Positions 54,824-64,000 of a stretch of DNA of 64,000 nucleotides are shown in pieces. The position numbers were made by a program, and so were the translations under genes. The DNA is from Octopus vulgaris (Eukaryota), in the NCBI GenBank assembly GCA_951406725.2, contig OX597817.1:14260001-14324000 (forward strand), given 5' to 3'. Position 1 is the first letter of the stretch; every line of letters starts with the position of its first letter. The notes beneath the pieces were generated by a model. That model did no database searches, was not told where the DNA came from, and saw only the letters and a list, made by a program, of their open reading frames with translations.

Positions 54824-56568
54824 GATGTTTGGTTTTGCTGACAACAGCACAAATTTTCTGATGCATAGCATGAAAGAGTGGAAAACCAAATTGTACTCAA
54901 GTAATCTTCAAAGTTGACTCATTTTCTCCGTTACTTTTTGCAATTGCACTAATACCCATACCAATGACACTTGGGAAAGTTAAGATAGGATACCGATGTG
55001 GGAAGAAAGGCCCATCATTGAGCCATCTTCTGTTTCATCTTTTGTTTCAGGATGACCTGAAACTGTTTGGGAAATCTGAAAAACAGATAGATTCCTTAAC
55101 CAACACAGTCAGGAAGTGTGGTAGGGACATCGGTATGGAATTTAGGATTACCATATGCTCAGTACATATGTAAAGAGGAAAGAAAGTAGCGTGCGGAGGA
55201 CTGAAGTCACCATCAGGAGAGGCCATGGGTGAACCCGACGGTAATGGGTATAGATATTTAGGGAATTTGGAGCTGGATGATATTGTACACAGAGAAATGA
55301 AAGTCAAGGTCAGCGAGGCGTATCAAAAAAGGGTGAAGATGGTGTTGAAATCCAACCTGAATGCCAAAAATTTGATTACTGCAATGAACACCTGGGAAGT
55401 TGCGGTGGTCAGATATAGTGTATCCATCCTCAGATGGACTGAGAAAGAAATATCAACACTGGATGGGAGGACGGAGAAGTTGATGACGCTGCATGGGGCG
55501 CTACACCCTAAAGCAAGCGTATACAGATTGTATATGAAAAGAAAGAAGAAAGAATGGTGGCAGAGGACTAATCAGTATAGATCATTGTATAAGGAGTGAA
55601 AGGAGAATGCTTGCTGAGTATTTGATAAATAGTGATGAAGACCTGCTGCAATGTGCTGCGAAAGGTATGGGTGTAAATGCAGATGAAATGATGGGCAAGG
55701 AAGAGTTTAACCAAAGAGCTGAGAAGAGAAAAGAAGACCTTCTTGAAATGAGAATGCATGGACAGTTTGAAAGGAATACACAAGACGTTAAACATAATAC
55801 AGCATCGTGGGCATGGCTTGAGAGAGGTGATTTGAAGCGTATCACCGAAAGCCTGATCATTGCTGTGCAAGAACAGGCTCTTGCTACCAATTCAGTGAAG
55901 CATAACATCTATAAAACTTCTGACAACCAGAAATGTAGACTCTGTGGAAAGAGTGTGGAAAATGTGTCCCACGTGGTAAGTGGATGTGAGAACCTTGCAC
56001 AAAAAGAATATAAATACCGCCTCGATAATTTGTGTGTATCTTCATTGTCTCTTATGCTGTAAATACTAATATGAAGTAGCAGAGAATTGGTATGAGCATG
56101 TACCAAGTAAAGTGATGCAGGAGAATGGGAAAGTAAAGATACTCTGGGACTATGACTTTCTGACGGATCGTGTAATCGAACACTGTCGGCCGGATATTAT
56201 CATATTGAAATAAGAGAGACAAATACTGTCGAATTATTGATGTAGCCATACTAAATGACATGACTGTTATGAGTAAAGAGGTTGAACAATCACCAAGTAC
56301 TCCGAATTGAAAGTGGAAATGGCAAGGCTGTATGGTAATGTAAAAATAATTCCAGTGGTGATCGGAGCGTTGGGCTCAATCCCATTAAAAGTTCAAGACT
56401 TCTTAAGGCAACTGAAAATCCCATGGAAGATTGATGTCTTGCAAAAAGCAGCCTTAGTGGGCTCACCACACATCTTAAGGAAAGTATTATCTGTCTGAGT
56501 TCCTTGTTGTGACTTGACAGATGACTAAAGACTCCGGTGCATTTTTACCTACACTGTGTTACGAAGGA
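54822..56568 (+). pseudogene. R4/Dong-like (RLE-type) non-LTR retrotransposon, 5'-truncated and frameshifted
   Basis: 'FSPLLFAIALIP', 'HLLFQDDLKLF', 'YRYLG', CCHC knuckle 'CRLCGKSVENVSHVVSGC', RLE 'RPDII', end 'LQKAALVGSPHILRKVL'. Flanked by (TAA)n. Confidence 0.88.
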
Positions 56569-56629
56569 ATAATAATGATAATAATAATGATTTCATTTAT
56601 GAGCCACAAGGGCGAAGGATGAGGGTGAC

Positions 56630-57155
56630 AATAGAGAGACAGTGGTATGAGCACAAACCGCAGTGAGTGACAGAGTCGGAGACTAGCAAAATCCACTGGG
56701 ATTTTCCAATCCAAACAGATCAGGTGCTAGAGCATAACGGACCGGACCTAGAGGTGGTGGACAAGGTGCACCACATATGCTATATAGTTGATGTTGCATA
56801 CTCATTTGACCCACGAATAGTCAAGAAGGAAGGCGAAAAAATAGATAGCTAGATACCATCCTGTTGCGTATGAAATAGCCTAGCTATGGAAAATGAAGAA
56901 TGTAAAGGTAGTGCCAATTATTGTTGAGTCCTTGGGAACAATATCAGAAGGCCCCAAGAGGAGTGTAAAGGAAATTGGAATAGAGTGCAAAGTAGAACTG
57001 TTACAAAAGATTCGCCTCTTTGGCACGGTCAGAATATTCAAGAAAGTATTAGATAGCTGAAAAGAACGAATAGGATGGTACCGTAGGCTGCAGGTGGTAA
57101 GCCCGCTACGCATGCAAGACTCAAGGAGCTCCATCAAAACCTATGATAAAGAGAA
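56630..57155 (+). pseudogene. Second R4/Dong-like 3' fragment (RLE domain)
   Basis: 'WYEHKP..IHWDFPIQTDQVLEHNGPDL...IVDVAYSFD', followed by (TAA)n. Confidence 0.8.
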
Positions 57156-57287
<132 letters not shown>

Positions 57288-57409
57288 TCTACGCAGAACA
57301 CTTTCCATACAATAACCATAAGAGCATCACAACAAATCACAGCACATACCCAAGGCACACAGAGCTGCGCTCGGTAGTGAAGTGAAAGCACGCTATAAAA
57401 ATAAAACTA

Positions 57410-57412
<3 letters not shown>
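57288..57412 (+). mobile_element. Third RLE-element 3' tip within (TAA)n
   Basis: 'LRRTLSIQ*' resembles the R4 C-terminus (ILRK.L). Short UTR embedded in (TAA)n. Confidence 0.55.
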
Positions 57413-57449
<37 letters not shown>

Positions 57450-57524
57450 GTTTCAAATATTTGGCACAAAGCCAGCAAGTCCAGGGGAGGGGGTAAGTCG
57501 ATTACATCGACTCTAGTTGCAGTT

Positions 57525-58060
57525 GTGGGAATACCAGTTTTAAAAAGGAAATTGCACAAACTTTCCCTAATTTTCTACAAAGTAAAGCACAGAAATGCAG
57601 CCAGTTTTGAGACAATGGTCCGAGAATTAGGTAAAAAGATTTTCATTTCGTTTTACTGATTTTCGCTTGCCTGCAAATTTGTTCAAACTGTTAAACCATT
57701 TGATGTAGAAATGGATACTGCATTAGAAAGTTATCAAATAGAATCGATTGCGATTCAGTATGATGACATAATGAGATCGAAATATCATTCAAAGGTATTT
57801 CAACGCATGATATATAGAGAAATATATTCATCCAAGTGGGAAGTATACTTAGTTATCCATGCCAAAAAAAAGAAGACGGCATCATTTTCTGGTCGAACTT
57901 ATACGTTTAAGCAATTATTTTCAGAAACGAATCATAACAGGAACCATTTAAGAACCAAATTGACTGGATCCCATTTGTAAAGTATCTTGCTATTAACATC
58001 AATTTTGACACCGAATATTGAGGAACCTTCGAGCAACAAACACCACCAATTTTCACATCG
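57525..58060 (+). pseudogene. hAT (SPIN/GTF2IRD2-like) transposase C-terminal relic
   Basis: 'PFDVEMDTA..YQIESIAIQYDDIMRSK...SFSGRTYTFKQLFS...LRTKLTGSHL' cf. 'LQMELIELQ.D..LK.K...S.FGSTY.CEQLFS...RS.LTD.HL'. Confidence 0.7.
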
Positions 58061-58826
58061 ATTATTCAATAATTCTTTGTATTAAAATGAAAGTTTCTTT
58101 TTATTTTATTTAATTTACCACCTTTCAATATATTATGTTCATACTTTTTCTATAACAGGTTCATAGTCACTTTTTAATATATTTGAAATATACCCTAATT
58201 GAAATATATTGCAACTAAATTGAATTATTTGATTGTTAATTGGCCTCCTTCGTTACGCAAAAATAATTTTCCAGTTTTTATGATTCAATGATTTGAAGAA
58301 AACTACAGCCAGAAATACTTAAGTGGATAATTACCAAATTTCAAATTTTCTGTAGCCTTTATCTAGCATACCGACTTCTCATTAATATGTTCTAGAACAA
58401 CGCACATCACCAACCACCCTATGTCATATCTGACCTTACAACCATGGGTTACTTGTCGACCTATGCATATCGAAATGAGGGTACATTCTTCATTCTTGCA
58501 CAGTGAAAAATGCCTTTGAGTGTGAGTTTCTCACATACGAATAATGGATCAAAGGAAAGAAAATAGAACTCAGCACATTTTAGTTTGTGTTGTGAGTATT
58601 TGGGAACAGACTGATACACAGCCACAGTACTTTAAGTTTCATGGCTGGATAAAACAGCCAAATCTGAAGATGTGCAGAGGCAGAATGGAGACAATTGAAA
58701 TGAAATTTTTAAAATGGCTTCTAGGTTAGTTCAGGCCACATAAATACTTAAATAGTCAATGACAACAATTCTTTCCTTACAAACTCCACGTGGAACAGAC
58801 AGGATGCTGGCGTATACATACGTGTG

Positions 58827-58890
<64 letters not shown>

Positions 58891-59098
58891 GTTGTGTAGC
58901 TCGTCCTGTATTTGTTTTTCGTTTTCATGTTTTTCGTTTTCCGTTTTCTTGTTTTTTGTTTTTTGGCTTTTTCCGTTTCTACGTCTTTTTGTGATGTCCT
59001 GTACTCCCGTATAATTATTTATATATGCATGTATATATACATGTAGATGTAGGTACGTACATATATGTTTGTATGTATGCATATATTTTTATTTATCT

Positions 59099-59140
<42 letters not shown>

Positions 59141-59148
<8 letters not shown>

Positions 59149-59239
59149 AATTAAGGACTGAACACGAAAAGTGGACAGTCAACATGCTAGATATAGACGT
59201 CAAATCGCCATTTGTGTTCAGTCCTTAATTGGTATATAT
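59141..59239. repeat. 25-bp inverted repeat enclosing ~50 bp, at the edge of (TA)n
   Basis: tatataccaattaaggactgaacac ... gtgttcagtccttaattggtatata. Confidence 0.85.
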
Positions 59240-59638
59240 AAATATTTTAATCTTCGGATTCTTTTTAATACGCTAGCCCACTGGTTTTAATTGACTAATA
59301 TCAATTTCTACCCTTAATTAATTTTTTATATATATAAGTTTCTTTATTGGCCACACAGGGCTGCACACAGATGGGACAAGTTACAAGGTAGAGCTTTTCT
59401 TTTGGGGGATGAAGAGAACAAAAAACAAAAGAAAAAAAAAAAAAGGGGTGGCGTAGGTTTTCGATCAAGAGGGATCGTAAAAGGGAAGAAAAGAACAAAA
59501 AAAAAATTTGAATAAAATAAAAGGAATAGAAAGAAAAAAAGAAAAGGAAAAGTAACAAAAGGAAAGAGAAATGAAAAAAGAAGAAAAAAGGGAAAAAAGG
59601 GGGAAGAGGAAAAAAAAAACGATCATATATATATATAT

Positions 59639-59716
<78 letters not shown>

Positions 59717-59753
59717 TGATTGATAGACAGATAGATTGATAGACAGATAGATA

Positions 59754-59784
<31 letters not shown>

Positions 59785-60040
59785 AGATAGATTGATTGAT
59801 TGATTGAAAGATAGATTGATTGATTGATTTATAGATAAAAGATGCTATCTAAAGATGACTAACATAGTGTTGTGGCTTTCTTACAGTATATCCACGCTTG
59901 ATTAAGTTATACATAGTGGGGGTTTTTTTTCTGTACTAATATTGCTTCCGTTGCTAATAACGAGCAGATTCATACATACATACATTCATACACACACACA
60001 TACATACACACACATATATCTTTATATGCTGATATATATA

Positions 60041-60084
<44 letters not shown>

Positions 60085-60087
<3 letters not shown>

Positions 60088-61054
60088 CATTACTGACATC
60101 ATCAAGCACAGTAACATAAGAATCTTTGCAGATGATTCCAAGTTCCAGAAGGTCATCAATGAAGTGGGGGTGACCGGACATGCCTTCAGTCAGATCTGCT
60201 AGCTGTCATCCAATGGACGGAGAAGAATAATATTCTGCTGAACGAGGACAAATTTGAGGTAATCCACTTCGGAAAAGAGAATACCCTGAAACTCCCATAC
60301 TCCCTTCCTTCAGGTGAAACTCTCATGGCATCCAACAACATCAGAGACTTGGGAGTAATTGTGGACAACATAAGCTGGGCTGCTCATATAAACAGCAAAG
60401 TGGTCACGGCCCGCAGAAGGTGTTCCTGGATTCTCGGAGCTTTCCAGTTGAGAGATATCCACACCATTATCCTCCTCTTCTCCACTTTTGCCCGACCCCA
60501 TCTAGAATACCGTTGTCCACTGTGGTTTCCCCACACGAAACAAAGCATCATGAAAGGTCAATTACAAAACAAGATAGACGGCATGACAGGCCTTGACTAG
60601 AAAAGCTCAAGCTTTATTCTCTCCACGCCACCAATGCGCTACATCATCTGCACGATGTAGACAATATTTCATCAGCATTGCCGAAATGATGTTGACATTG
60701 CCTTCAAGATACACCCAATACTTGGACCCTGTGCTATCCGCCCACAACATAAATCATACTCGCATCACATAACAACAATAGAGCACAATTATTTCACCTC
60801 AACTGGCCCCGCTCTCTTTAACATTACACCAAAGCACATTAAAGCAGAAACAGACCCCATAAAGTTCAAGAAGTCTTTCGGAAAAAAACTTCAAAACATC
60901 CCGGATAAACCTCCCACACCTGGATACGTCTCCGTAAACAATAACTTTCTTCTTGAGTGGGCCATGTTGTCCGATTCCTGATTTGAATGACTTTGTCAGG
61001 TGGTGCTATTAAGTTAGACATGGCCTGGACCAATACTGGCCGAAACCTACCAAA

Positions 61055-61056
<2 letters not shown>
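60085..61056 (+). pseudogene. CR1-group LINE RT 3' portion
   Basis: 'IRIFADDSK', 'QSDLLAVIQW', 'IRDLGVIVD', 'ARPHLEYRCPLWFP'. 3' UTR ends 'ggccgaaacctaccaaag'. Confidence 0.88.
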
Positions 61057-61126
<70 letters not shown>

Positions 61127-61137
61127 GTATATATACA

Positions 61138-62560
<1,423 letters not shown>

Positions 62561-63169
62561 AACTATATGTATGAGAATACATACATAAAACATACATACA
62601 TACAAACATACATACATACATACATACATACATACATACATACATACATACATACATACATACATACATACATACATACATACATACATACATACATACA
62701 TACATACATACATACATACATACATACATACATACATACGTACGTACGTACATACATACATACATACATACATACATACATTCATACATACATACATACA
62801 TACATACATACATACATACATACATACATACATACATACATACATACATACATACATACGTACGTACGTACATACATACATACATACATACATACATACA
62901 TACATACATAGAAACAAAAATACCATGTTATTGATGTTGAAATTCCAAAGAAGGATCCTTGGATCTAGGTTAGAAACCGGTTCTTTCTCCATTGTCAAGA
63001 AATCTTGAAATAAAACTGAACAGTGACATACATGCATAAATACATGTATACATGTATATATATGCCTGTGTGTATGGATATAAATGCATGAGTGTGTATG
63101 TATGCGTGAGAATATATACATAAATATATATATATATATATATACATATACACACACATATGTATATGA

Positions 63170-63269
<100 letters not shown>

Positions 63270-63436
63270 GTATATATATATATATGTATATATATGTGTG
63301 TATATATATATACACATATATATACACACATTCAAGTACACAGATATATATGCATGCATTTGTATGTATACACCTACATACATACATACGTACACACACA
63401 TATATACATGTGTGTTTTTGTGTGTGTGTGTGTGTG

Positions 63437-63484
<48 letters not shown>

Positions 63485-64000
63485 GTGCGAGCATATATGC
63501 GCTCACATATTTGTATATTAAAAAAAGGGATATTTATCTCACTTCATAGTGCAGTAAATAGTAATTTTTTGGGGAACCATATTTTGCTTCTTTTTAACGT
63601 ACATTTAATCACGTTAAATTGTTCACCTAAACATGTATAGTATAAGCAAATGAAAAAAAGAAATATTTAGGAGACTTGAAGAATAAGAATAAACTTGTAC
63701 TTAACAACATGTTTGACGTAAATGATTGTACTTATTACGTTTTCTTATATATTTGCACTGCTGGAATTTGACTCGCTGTAATTGGTGAGAAAATTGCATC
63801 ATGATTACAATCTGATTTTGTAGGAAAACTTGTTGGAGCTTTCAAGAACTAATCCAGTATTCTAAAACGAAGTGTATGTTCCTACAGCAAAACGGAAAGT
63901 AAAAACGAAAGTAATCTGCTAAGCTTAGTTAATTATGGAGAAATAACGCAATTGTGTTCAACTCTGTCTTAAAACCCCTAAACATAAGATAGGAAGGTGG

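Noticed and set aside
62940-62995. GAAA-ccgg-TT hammerhead half
   Set aside because: No CUGANGA core or helix I. It is probably the 3' UTR of the adjacent RLE element.

Overview
Eukaryotic, AT-rich, extremely repeat-dense non-coding DNA. The SINE families and the (TA)n/(TACA)n/(GAT)n load point to an octopus (coleoid cephalopod) genome; this is an inference. I found no convincing host protein-coding gene, and almost all long ORFs in the track are translated microsatellites. The window holds three tRNA-derived SINE families (dozens of copies), decayed mariner, hAT (Buster/SPIN-like), CR1-group and R4/Dong-like (RLE) relics, non-autonomous Helitrons, a piggyBac-type MITE and a long-TIR MITE. 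The main hidden signal is about nine type I hammerhead ribozyme motifs, found by hand-folding and mostly with palindromic (dimer-type) helix III. They lie in short, mostly (TA)n-flanked, often palindromic Penelope-like modules, and one is beside a Penelope RT relic. The best case is a young array of 359-nt hammerhead-bearing repeats with an inverted copy (34168-35256). It has the architecture of a non-LTR retrozyme that could make circular RNA, but its core is non-canonical. Ribozyme activity is untested.
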